Below, piece by piece: positions 36,101-44,600 of a stretch of DNA of 64,000 bases. Under the pieces are notes generated by a model that saw nothing but the letters and a program-made list of their open reading frames with translations, was not told where the DNA came from and searched no databases. The position numbers were made by a program, and so were the translations under genes. The DNA comes from Phoronis australis (Eukaryota; Animalia; Phoronida): positions 1 through 64,000 of the forward strand of contig NMRA01000313.1 in the NCBI GenBank assembly GCA_002633005.1, written 5' to 3'. Every line of letters starts with the position of its first letter. Positions within the stretch are counted from its first letter, which is position 1.

Positions 36101-38764
36101 AAAAATAAGACGCAACATTTCCATGAAAACGATATTTTAATTCAGAGAAATTTTTCTCGCATGTTCTCTCACTTGAAAATCACCGATCTCCAATTTGAAT
36201 GCGGGTGTCGTATAGTCGGAATCCTTTGGCTTGAGCATTATACTCAGTTACCAGTGGTAACCTACTTTAGCAGACGATATTTTCCCGGCAGCAGCTCAGC
36301 GCGATAAAATGTGTAGTAAGCTATAATAGTTGCTAAACCTTAATTTATAGATTCACTTTATTTCTATATTGTTTGAATTTTCGAGTAAAAGCATTATTTG
36401 ACAAAAATAGCTCGGCTTTTCTGAAAATTAAATCAGTTTTTGGCCACAATAAGATCAAAAACCGGACAATCGCCGCACAAATAAAAAAGTTCATGTTCAA
36501 TTCAACGTTTCGTTACCTGAGCTGTATGTTGGCACTTGTTGTCCTAATTGTTGTAAATATCCTGATGATGTCTAATGAAAGACGAAACGTTGAATTGAAC
36601 ATGAACTTTTTTATTTGTGCGGCGATTGTCCGGTTTTTGATCTTTTCTGAAAAGGTCACGACCTCCGACCCCGAGCCTCTGACACAGAAAGTAATTACAA
36701 AGCCGAGGCGAGTCGAGAAAGGTAGATCGGTTGATTGCATAGTTTCTCGTTCAGTGTGTGTGGTATAAATAGATTATTTCGTGTTCTCAGTCGTGGATTT
36801 TGGAGAATTATCGCCCGAGGGGCACCAGCCACTTGAGCGATATTTCTCCAAAATCCACTCGGGCTCTAGAATACGGGGGATAACAACTTCGCCATGTAAT
36901 AATCTATATTCATTATTTTGTACAGTTCCATTTCGTGGTAGATAATTGGCGTTTGCGTTGTGGCATCTAGAAGCCGTGGCATAGAGCGATTGTATTGCAG
37001 TCAAGAAAGGCAAATGCACATTGGAATTGGATACAACGAGACTCTGAATCGAACAATGGAATGACCAGTTTTTATTGGTTGCCTCAGAATGCGGACATTG
37101 TTGGCGAAGTCTCGACAGTTACTATATGTCTGTTTTCAAAACGATTTGTAATACTGCATTTATAGCTCCTATGTTTGTACAGTATTTCATAGTTGGTGTT
37201 TAACTGATTGTATAGCGTTTACATGAACAATGTTAGTATCGTTTACGTCTTCCTTAATGCTAAGAAGAGATAATACAACTCTTAAATGTAACCGGAACTA
37301 TGTTTCAGAACGAAATCATAATGACGCAGATGCCTTATCCGGATGATATCGTGGACTTTTGGAGAATGATTCATGATCACGATTTGGGTGCCATTGTTAT
37401 GCTGAATGAGCTTGATAAGCAGGACCAGGTATTCTTAGTTTTTGTGGCTTGGTGAGAACTGTTATTGAGAGAAGTAAATTCGCAGATTGCGCGTACTTAC
37501 ATATCAGAAATGGCAATGGTTATGTTAATAAACGACGTTCTTGAATTATGAATGCACAAATGATTTTTGTCTAATCTTAAATACAAATTGCCACCCGGTG
37601 ACAAGATTAACGCAAAATTTTCACGTGACTTGCTGTTGTTCCAATATCATCACTTGTGTCGATTACACTTTGCATGTTAAAGATGCCACAGGAGCTTCCT
37701 ACATGTATTAAAGACGAAGGAAGTCTGGTCTTACCAATGCATGACCCAAGTCTCATTCCATACTTAATTGGCCAGTGGACTGGTTTACACAGAAAAAAAT
37801 GAGAGAAGTTATTGTCTGTAATCATTACGTGGCCAACGTAGTGTAGATTTTGTTGTATATTGTTACCTCTGTGTACTGTCTTAGCGATTATTTATAACAC
37901 AGAAACCACTCTTGTCTGGAGCCCCTCGGAAATCCGTCTGCAAACAATTGTTTTTGGTAATTAGTACTTTGCATTGATTCGACGTTGCTGCTTGTACTGT
38001 ACACCTAATGATGTGTCGGTAGTGACACCATTTTGGCGTAAGCTAGCTTAAGGGACTTTTGAATTTTAATTTAGTAAAGTTTAAATTAGAATTGAAACCC
38101 GGTTGGGAATTCCTTGAAGTCTTGAACTGGACATCGCAAATGGTTGTGATTTGAATTTACAGACGTGTGTCCAATACTGGCCTGCCACACAAGACACTTA
38201 CGGTGCTTTTAATGTAGAGGTAGTCTCCGAAGTGATGGGTTCCTGTTACACCAGGAGAGAACTTAAAATGCAGCTTGTGAACAGAGTAAGTGATGAACGA
38301 AATCAGCAGAGAAGTTGTTCATAAGGTGAAGTATGTCTGCTGCATTACTGTTGTGAGATCCTAAAGTTGCATCAACTGAGTATTTCGCGGTAATATGTGC
38401 TAACGTATATACAAATGTACATGCATTTGTGGGCGCATACTACCGTCATCCCCGTCCACTGTGCCCCCTTCTCGTTTACATTTTTGTCTTCGAAATTCAC
38501 GGACAAATTTTCATGAAATTCGACAAATAGGTATCCGATATGGAGACGCCGTCGCCTTCTCCTTCTTGGATGGAGTCGGTGTATTCTGTGACACCTAGAT
38601 GCCCTTTTGGCAGTTTTCAAAACGTTATCTCTTTCCCACTTTTGGATTGTTTTACTTTGATATTATACGCCACCCAGTAAGTGGAAATTTTTATTATTTC
38701 CAAGTTTTTTTTTCGTTTCGGACTCTCTGTTGACCAAACCACTCTGAGATCATTGTAAAAATTG

Positions 38765-38814
<50 letters not shown>

Positions 38815-41697
38815 ACATACAAACACACACATAAACACACACACACGTGTGTTTGTATAGAGACGAGGAATGCTGGCGATGGTTTTGGATGGATTTGACT
38901 ACTGCACTGGTGTTCTCTTGTGACATTTTCTGTCTTTTTCTCAATATCTACAAACTTCCTTAACGGACAGTCAGAGTACAACCAAATTAGATTTTGGGAC
39001 AGGTCCGACGACTGTAGATTCCGTCAGTGCCAATTTTGGTTTTCTTTGCGTTTTTGTCTTGGTGTTCATTAATTGGTGGGTGTTCATCCAATTTGGCAAA
39101 TCACACATAAAACAGCTTTTATACCGCTTGAGATAGCTACATGTATATGACCGTAAATTGCATACCTTTTTTGAGGTATATATCTGTCTGTTCAATTTTC
39201 TCCACTTCCCTATCACCCAAACATCTTGAATGGTGATGAAAGGTATCGGGTGTTTTCCTATTGAGGAGAGTAGTGCTTGTTGCTTTGCACAGCCTATAGG
39301 TTTTTTAAGAATGTTGTTGATTTTAGAAACGTCTCAGAACGTTTAAAATAGTGATCACCCCTTGTATCTGCGCTGTAGTAAACAAACACATTCTGCCACA
39401 TGGATGGAGTCCGGAAGTTGTTGCCACTTATTTTATGTTATTTTTGTATTCAGTCAGGTGGTGAGGAGGTACCTAGAACGGTGTGTCATATTCAACTGAC
39501 CAGCTGGCCAAAAGGTGACGCTCTGCCGAGGAATTCCAGTGATCTAGTCACAGTGATGGAGGAAGTCACTCAGTGGTTGACCCAAACTAATTCCAAGCGT
39601 TTTGCTGTCCACTGCATGTAAGTTAATTTCTTAAGAAACACTGCACATTTGCAGTAGCGAATCGTATGGTTTTTACTGAATAATTTTCAAGCGCATGACG
39701 ATCTTGATAAATAGCGTATCCTGGGCGTTTGATTTTGTGGAATTACTGTTCTGGATTCTCAGGCTACGGCACAGTTCCTCCGACTCACATGTTAGTGGAG
39801 GTGACCCTTAGCATCATAGCTATGTTCCAACTCCCACAGCCTCTTTAAGATTAAGCATGCTGGGATTTTAAACTACATATTTGAACTGTTTTCACCCTAT
39901 TTATCTTGATAAAAACTATAATAATACCTCTTACCTAGATAGAATTCTGTTTCTGCTTCGAACTCAAGTGACAAGCAGTGCTTATAGATGCGCCATTTTC
40001 GCATTCGCAATGTTAAGTTTGGCGAACTGCAGTAACTTTGAAGCATTATTTGAGTCGCTGATTGTGCGGGTGTCCCTGTCGGTAACGGACATAGAATCTT
40101 ATCACAATCATGAACAATAAAATGCCGATTTCATCAAGTAGAAGGCCTGCTTTGATTTTCGTTTCTTTGCCAGCTGAACTGTGCGAAATACAGCTTTAGT
40201 CCTATCAAAACCAACTGAGTTGCGGATGATTATAACTGATTTGGTTACATGTATGTTATCTCGTTTTACATATAGTATTACATGTATGTGGTGACACAGG
40301 ATTAATAACACCCACAGTACTAGATACAATAACGTCGGCCTTTAAACGGCGTATCACCGTTTCTTTGACAAAACGGTTACACCGCGTTGTGAACTACATC
40401 GCTTTCTGACAAAACAAAGTATGTGAATCCTTGGAAAGAAGTTTGAGTAAGGTTATAAGACGAGAAACAATGTCCCATAGCAAAACTTATTTGAGATCAT
40501 TTTTTGTTACTTGTGTTCAGAATGACTGCGGTATCTAAATTTTTAACTCCAACATGAAAGCGTGGAAACTACATTTTGAAATGTTTATCTTCGGTATTCA
40601 GTTTGTTCCGTGTCTGTGTTTCAGGAATGGCGCGGAGAGAAGTGGTTTGTACGTTGCATTACATGCGACGTGTGAAAAAATTAGGTTGGAACATGAGGTG
40701 GATGTCTTCCAAGCCGTGAAATATGTCCGCAACTTTCGGTCTCAAAGTGTCACTTCTGTCGTAAGTATTAAGCACATGGAAGGAAACGTCAATAAGCTAT
40801 TCTACACTGGCTCTAGATAGGTTGTGGATTTTTCTTTGTTGGTGTCCGTCTGGCAAAAGTGAAAAGAGCGGACACTTTCGCTTTACTATACGAGAAAGTA
40901 AATGCGCGAGCGTGTTTCTGGTTGCATATTTTCGTCACCTTTTCCTCGCGACCGCGTGACCGCTCGAAATCCCTCTTTCTCTGATCTTCATGAAATTTAG
41001 CACTTGGACATCACTACTGTTGCGGATGACTCTTCGGTCAAAGGGGGAGCTTTCTATTTTTTGCAAAAGGTCATTTCAAAATGATGTACAGAGACCTGGG
41101 AGACGGATTTCAATGAAACTTGACACAGAGGCATGTGACGACAGTGCACTAGCACCAGTCAATTTCCTATCAGGAAACCAAACGGTAGAATGGAATAAAA
41201 TAACCAGAACAAATTGAAAGCCTTATTACTTTCAGAAGATATTGGTTCCAGAACTGTTATAGAGTCCCACATACATTTTACTTAAAGTCCATGCTTTCTG
41301 CCTAAGTTTTGATTTGGTTCAGTTACAAATTTGGTCTTGTTGTTTCCCACCCATGATCTAACGCCATGTTTCTTTTTCAAATGATCACGTTCATTTCTCG
41401 TTTTAAAGCGCGTAAAACACCCGTTTTGTTTAACTTATGGCAACACATGCAAGTCATTTGCAGTTGAATTTAAAGTCATGTGAACATGGCTGTAACTGTT
41501 CGTAAGGCATTGTTTATTACTATGTTTGTTACATAATTTGGAAACTCGTAAAAATCTTACAAGTCGCAAAGAAAGCGTCTTTCGCTGTGTTAGTTTTGGA
41601 AAATGCCGCTTCTTCTTTTCAGGACCAGTACAAATTTATTCACGATGCTGCTATGAAGTTCATTGAAGGCTTCGAGACCTACTCTAACCTGATGTGA
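2945..41697 (+). CDS. Receptor-type protein tyrosine phosphatase (FN3-FN3-juxtamembrane-TM-PTP D1-PTP D2), 5'-incomplete, 24 exons
   Basis: Exons 2945-3162, 4053-4122, 4451-4557, 5642-5846, 9936-10050, 12276-12555, 13521-13566, 14050-14143, 14532-14596, 17242-17516, 18941-19105, 22108-22144, 23065-23162, 25012-25131, 26036-26187, 31571-31706, 32340-32489, 32621-32756, 34921-34994, 37309-37428, 38163-38285, 39454-39617, 40625-40760, 41623-41697. All are AG/GT-bounded with matching phases and join into one open frame with PTP motifs [49 protein letters not shown]. Orthologue cannot be assigned by eye. Confidence 0.95.
3423..3871. mobile_element. Degenerate MITE-like element
   Basis: Imperfect ~35-bp terminal inverted repeats (tgtacgaagcaccaaaggg... 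/ ...ccctttggcacctcataca) and internal ttaagc-like repeats. Confidence 0.4.
4053..4122 (+). CDS. RPTP exon, FN3 C-terminal strands
   Basis: [23 protein letters not shown]; tttag/gtaagt. Confidence 0.85.
4451..4557 (+). CDS. RPTP exon, second FN3 (first part)
   Basis: [36 protein letters not shown]; aag/gtaatt. Confidence 0.88.
4690..4884 (-). mobile_element. Helentron-associated (HINE/DINE-like) element end
   Basis: Perfect 10-bp hairpin tactctgcgc-ttacac-gcgcagagta (~4855-4880), a second decayed copy at ~4790-4814, and a ttcttcttatt tract on the minus strand. Confidence 0.45.
4880..5251. mobile_element. MITE-like element with ~75-bp inverted repeats
   Basis: aaaattagcgacgttgcg...ctggccaatt (4881-4954) is the near-exact reverse complement of 5177-5251. 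Confidence 0.7.
5325..5417 (+). mobile_element. Partial copy of the same MITE family
   Basis: aatcacgcgttctcattttaaatacacgccaatatctcacg...gctactgaacc. Confidence 0.6.
5642..5846 (+). CDS. RPTP exon, second FN3 (second part)
   Basis: IFCEF...[34 protein letters not shown]; tgcag/gtaagc. Confidence 0.9.
6459..6640 (+). repeat. ~92-bp tandem duplication
   Basis: aatttcagtttc...ata(a/g)gtacag present twice (6459-6547, 6551-6640) with scattered mismatches. Confidence 0.8.
8060..8216. mobile_element. Short non-autonomous DNA transposon with 5-bp TSD
   Basis: Ends cagaggcagat... / ...atcccgcctgtg flanked by the direct repeat ctcaa (8055-8059, 8217-8221); subterminal G-run. Confidence 0.55.
9936..10050 (+). 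CDS. RPTP exon, juxtamembrane ectodomain
   Basis: [39 protein letters not shown]; tacag/gtaaaa; phase 1 to phase 2 fits the neighbours. Confidence 0.8.
10568..11969 (-). mobile_element. Non-autonomous Kolobok-type DNA transposon carrying a THAP remnant
   Basis: TTAA TSDs (10564-10567, 11970-11973), perfect 15-bp TIR aggagaatgccaccc, internal THAP ORF, ~56-bp internal duplication at 11057-11167. Confidence 0.85.
11516..11806 (-). pseudogene. THAP zinc-finger fragment (transposase N-terminus)
   Basis: RCIVPACPN...SFFRLP...[11 protein letters not shown] = C2CH THAP signature; conserved Trp replaced by Arg; truncated. Confidence 0.8.
12276..12555 (+). CDS. RPTP exon, juxtamembrane ectodomain with furin site
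   Basis: [16 protein letters not shown]...YVTAAL...[28 protein letters not shown], matching the RPTP FxVGDxxxYxxYxNxPL motif. Confidence 0.92.
13521..13566 (+). CDS. RPTP small exon (stalk)
   Basis: [15 protein letters not shown]; ttttcag/gtatgt; supplies the required phase 0 to phase 1 link. Confidence 0.7.
14050..14143 (+). CDS. RPTP exon, transmembrane helix
   Basis: [25 protein letters not shown]; ttcag/gtaagt. Confidence 0.92.
14532..14596 (+). CDS. RPTP exon, basic stop-transfer segment
   Basis: [21 protein letters not shown]; ttcag/gtgagt; alternative in-frame acceptor at 14514. Confidence 0.8.
14690..16040 (+). mobile_element. 5'-truncated degenerate CR1/L2-group LINE (RT and downstream region)
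   Basis: [42 protein letters not shown] (YADD), [35 protein letters not shown]; multiple stops and frameshifts. Confidence 0.85.
16190..16291 (+). repeat. Polypyrimidine / (CT)n tract
   Basis: ctctctctctctctctctct and C/T-rich flank. Confidence 0.8.
16325..16699. mobile_element. Degenerate pogo/Tigger-like (Tc1-mariner) MITE
   Basis: Starts TA-cagtaaaaccccgaaaataag, ends ...gctatcgg-TA; internal aataagc/gcgca repeats. Confidence 0.4.
17242..17516 (+). CDS. RPTP exon, cytoplasmic juxtamembrane and wedge region
   Basis: VLNSQ...EEGLYGN...[22 protein letters not shown]; cacag/gtaagt. Confidence 0.88.
18941..19105 (+). CDS. RPTP exon, D1 KNRY and YINA motifs
   Basis: [21 protein letters not shown]...HYINATHIT. 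Confidence 0.95.
19943..20245 (+). pseudogene. KolX-like protein N-terminus (P2X7 cytoplasmic-ballast-like Cys cluster), frameshifted and truncated
   Basis: MAGLCDPY...GYMFEPEY...[28 protein letters not shown] matches the WCxCxxC..M.T..E..CC pattern. Confidence 0.8.
20245..21036 (-). pseudogene. Kolobok THAP-transposase N-terminal half, frameshifted, DDE core deleted
   Basis: [12 protein letters not shown]...LHRFP...[22 protein letters not shown]...LKKDAIPSV (THAP), then [19 protein letters not shown]...[13 protein letters not shown] (zinc ribbon seen in Kolobok transposases). Confidence 0.85.
22108..22144 (+). CDS. RPTP 37-bp exon, D1
   Basis: [12 protein letters not shown](G); tttag/gtagtg. 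Confidence 0.85.
23065..23162 (+). CDS. RPTP exon, D1
   Basis: [33 protein letters not shown]. Confidence 0.93.
23406..23533 (+). repeat. 21-bp GC-rich minisatellite, 6 units
   Basis: (tcggccggccagctgagacca) x6; only the first unit carries a mismatch. Confidence 0.95.
23969..24947. mobile_element. Non-autonomous hAT-type transposon
   Basis: Exact 8-bp TSD gctacccg (23961-23968, 24948-24955), CA...TG termini (catagg / cagtgg), subterminal G/C runs. Confidence 0.8.
24659..24723 (+). other. tRNA-derived (SINE-head-like) Pol III unit, not an intact tRNA
   Basis: A box tggtgtagtggt and B box gagttcgagtc at tRNA-like spacing; acceptor and anticodon stems do not pair. Confidence 0.6.
25012..25131 (+). 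CDS. RPTP exon, D1
   Basis: [40 protein letters not shown]. Confidence 0.93.
26036..26187 (+). CDS. RPTP exon, D1 WPD loop and start of catalytic motif
   Basis: [15 protein letters not shown]...GPVIVHC(S). Confidence 0.95.
27578..27728 (+). mobile_element. ~150-bp MITE (PIF/Harbinger-like TIR), family copy
   Basis: Ends gcgttcagtaggcgctaggacct / aggtcctagcgctactgaacggg; body shared with 28780-28918 (inverted) and 5325-5417. Confidence 0.7.
28780..28918 (-). mobile_element. ~140-bp MITE, same family, opposite orientation
   Basis: Reverse complement matches 27578-27687 (aaagtcac.tgttctcatttaaaatacacggcaatatctcacgtaatctcgcga). Confidence 0.7.
29611..29960 (+). pseudogene. Harbinger Myb/SANT (MADF-like) protein, frameshifted and truncated
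   Basis: [38 protein letters not shown] = MADF pattern. Confidence 0.75.
30040..30560 (-). pseudogene. Harbinger (HARBI1-family) DDE transposase fragment
   Basis: [24 protein letters not shown]...[16 protein letters not shown]...KLA*...[14 protein letters not shown]...EVCKAI...ALDGKHVAI; internal stops and frameshifts. Confidence 0.88.
31571..31706 (+). CDS. RPTP exon, D1 P-loop
   Basis: (S)[13 protein letters not shown]...[12 protein letters not shown]. Confidence 0.95.
32340..32489 (+). CDS. RPTP exon, D1 end and D1-D2 linker
   Basis: [21 protein letters not shown]...TLVTQFE. Confidence 0.92.
32621..32756 (+). CDS. RPTP exon, D2 start
   Basis: [45 protein letters not shown]. Confidence 0.88.
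34921..34994 (+). CDS. RPTP exon, D2 DYINA
   Basis: [25 protein letters not shown]. Confidence 0.9.
36451..36644 (+). mobile_element. Penelope-type pLTR remnant: full unit plus inverted 3' copy, with hammerhead core
   Basis: Perfect 63-bp inverted repeat (36451-36513 / 36582-36644); CTGATGA-t-gtct-aatgaa-agac-GAAAC at 36562-36588; related copy at 56631-56823. Confidence 0.65.
36555..36596 (+). ncRNA. Putative minimal hammerhead ribozyme
   Basis: Core boxes CUGAUGA and GAAA, 4-bp stem II, palindromic minimal stem III (AACGUU); stem I is weak. Confidence 0.45.
37309..37428 (+). CDS. RPTP exon, D2
   Basis: [40 protein letters not shown]. Confidence 0.92.
38163..38285 (+). CDS. RPTP exon, D2
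   Basis: [23 protein letters not shown]...[10 protein letters not shown]. Confidence 0.92.
38768..38846 (+). repeat. (CA)n microsatellite
   Basis: ~20 perfect CA units followed by imperfect units. Confidence 0.95.
39454..39617 (+). CDS. RPTP exon, D2 (degenerate WPD loop)
   Basis: [18 protein letters not shown]...FAVHC(M). Confidence 0.92.
40625..40760 (+). CDS. RPTP exon, D2 degenerate P-loop
   Basis: (M)[12 protein letters not shown]...[15 protein letters not shown]. Confidence 0.93.
40880..41190 (+). mobile_element. HINE/DINE-like dispersed repeat fragment
   Basis: tgatcttcatgaaattt and cggatttcaatgaaactt core motifs, as in 61805-63026. Confidence 0.4.
41623..41697 (+). CDS. RPTP terminal coding exon
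   Basis: [24 protein letters not shown]. Confidence 0.93.
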   Translation, partial: DQYKFIHDAAMKFIEGFETYSNLM

Positions 41698-44600
41698 AGA
41701 TAGGGCTGAACTGACTTTGCTCTCAAAACTGAGGTTCCATTATAGTGCTGTTTCAACAACACAGTGTGTAAACTACCCAAAAAATAAGTGTACTGTCCGC
41801 TCACAGATAGAAAGAATGACTTACTTCATACGTGTATGAGTTCAGTGGAAACTTCTTGACAATTTGATCTATTTCCTCGCATGGTGAGAAGACACAATTT
41901 TAAGAAAAAACGCTGGTCACAAAACAAAAGTCACAAAACATATGGTTTATGTTGTACACCCTGTAGTTCACTGCTAAAGGTGCATTGCAACCCCAATGAC
42001 TTCCACATATGGAAATCATGAAATTAACTCTCAAAAAACTCGCGCCATTTTTACCTTTTACATGATAGCAAAAATTAAAATGTTACTTGGCATTAACTTG
42101 TAGCGCTCTTGGACTAATTGGCACACCTCGTCGAAACTGCAGGTAGCTCATTGAAACTTATTGTGCATGCTGGATATGGATATGAGGTTGTGGGATGCCT
42201 ACTATGATGTGGATAGGTTATCGTTTTGTGTTTTTGAGTGACTTTCTTCAGTTGAGGTGTTGACGGGGAACTGAGCAGTTCTCACCGGTTTTTACCAGGC
42301 ATCGCACACAACACTGTATTTGCTGCCTTTCTCTCGTTCTCTTGAAAACTGTAAATTGTATGAACAGAATGATAAGTGGAGTCATTTCACCTCAACAGCT
42401 GCACTGAGAGATTATTCTGTCACTTGTGTATTTGCCCTTCCACTTGCATCAAAAAAGAAGACAAGCTCAGAAAAAAATGTGTCAAACACGCAAAATTGCC
42501 ATTTTCAGCCCCAAACCACCAGTTTCCTGCCAATGCTCTACGCAATCCAACGTTAGGTTCTCTATTACAGACTCATCATTTATGGCAAGATAGTGCAGCT
42601 GTTCAATAGCATTTTTGTAATTTTGATTTGTTTGAGAACGACTTGAAATTACTGCAGATTCCTCAGTCGCTGCAGTGCAATGAAGCAACGTTATAGGGAG
42701 CCGCCATTTTGAAATAATGGGAAATAGCGTACTAGCGAACTTTTCTCATTCACACCATCATGAGCACAAGCAAACCAGACGCACTGATCCTTTTTGCCGT
42801 GTGTACGTCAAAACTGTCGTCGCACCTGGCATACCCAAATAATTTATATTATTCTAAAACCCCATCAAACCCCACACCCCACGATTCCCTCGAGTCGATC
42901 CACGACGGCCTCGACACCAGAACCCGGCCACGACCTACAAGCCTTCGACCCACGACTTGTGCCATGAGAAGTGTCTTTGCGGCTTTTGACACGTTTAGTA
43001 ATCATATTACAGTACTTCGCTGAATGACTTTCTCAGACTTAACTACACGCAAATCTGCTCTGGCTCAAACTAGGCTGGTAGTCAAAAACGCAAAGTGGTG
43101 CAGCAACTATTTCGTTTCTGCAGTGATGTTTAATAGCCGCGTGCTTGAAACACATATATGCACAATAAACACACATTATGTGGCCGATTTAACCGGTGTG
43201 TTATTCATAGTGTATAAGGACATTATCGTAAACAAAAGTCATCGACAGTAGAAAGATGCATTCCGAAAAGGCTCAGTCACAATTTCTAGGCTTCACATTT
43301 CCTGAACATAAATTTTAAGCACCGATTTGTCTGTACAACAGACCACATTTACACTTCAGTCCATCAGCCATGCCAGTTTGTTTGCGCAAAGCGCTGCCTG
43401 TTGACGAATCGACTAGCCAATCAGAAACGCCGGTGTAAAAAAATTTACAGAGGAAATTTAAGTGATACCTGCGTGCTGGCGCGGCTACCGCCCCACCTAG
43501 CGGCACGCAGGGAACCAGCGAGCTAAACTTAGAGAGATGGTACGGTAACGTGAATGGACGTATTTCTACATTTTATTATTTGCTTTCTGTCGTATACTCG
43601 TTTACAATATACTTCATGTAGAGTTGAGGTATTTTTAAGCAGACAGGTTTTTACACGGTGATTACACATTCGTCGGTTTGTCGCGCTCTCCCAAAAAACT
43701 TGATTCTGCTCACTGAAGAGCAGACGGATACTTTGCCGGGAACTACAGTTGTAATGTTGGTAGGTTTTTTGATTTGATTTGGTTGCGTTGTTTTTTTTTT
43801 CTGTTTTTGACTTCGAAACTTGCCGAATCGACTCTAAGCACAAAAAATCTTTAAACCAAGTTTATCCTCTAAAAGTTTCCCAAAATAGTCCTCTTAACAT
43901 TTCAAATTTGAGTCATGTTCCTGCAATCTGAAATCCGTACGGTTTCAACTGATCCTTTTGTATCCTCTGTTGTTTGACCAGCAAACGTAAATTAATCCCT
44001 GTTCTGTCAGAGTGACACAAGAATTCCCGAGGCATATTTCAAATTTTCAGAAATCTCCTCCTGAACCTTTGCATTCATGAATTATTATTATTCTCGCCTT
44101 CCTTGAATTAAAGTGCGTAAAGCTGATAGTACACTTAGTTTTTGAGTAGAGTTGTTTATTTTTGATAATTTAACACAGGGCAGTGCTCGAAGCTTAGCTT
44201 GACGGTAAGTCGCACGGCTTGACAAAAATCCTAAGTCGCTTAACTGGGTTTTACACATGTCGCCAAACAATGATCTGAGGTCACTCTGGCGACCTGCAGG
44301 TCACCGAATCGAGCACTGAGTGTGTTAGTTGGTGATGGTATCATTTGTTTCTTGTTAACATTTTTGTTTGTACCCCATTTGCTTGTTACCATTTTTGTTC
44401 GTTGCTTATTTGATTGTGAACATTTTTGTTCATTGCTTTCAGTGAAGACGCTTCAATAACGGAGGATATATTGTACCAGCATTGTTAGTATAGAGATAAG
44501 ATTCTTTTTGATATTTCTGCTTTACTCAGACGTTTGAAGTAATATGCACTGCACCCACTCGATTTTGATATGAATGGGGTTTCTGGTTTGTTATACGAAC

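Noticed and set aside
36373-36768. Mirror ORFs sharing [21 protein letters not shown]
   Set aside because: Artefact of the perfect 63-bp inverted repeat.
38617-38981. Cys/Val-rich ORFs
   Set aside because: Translation of the (CA)n microsatellite.
43488-43506. CTCF-like motif (ccgctaggtgggg on minus; similar at ~7410)
   Set aside because: Single short imperfect matches, probably inside repeats; not supportable from sequence alone.
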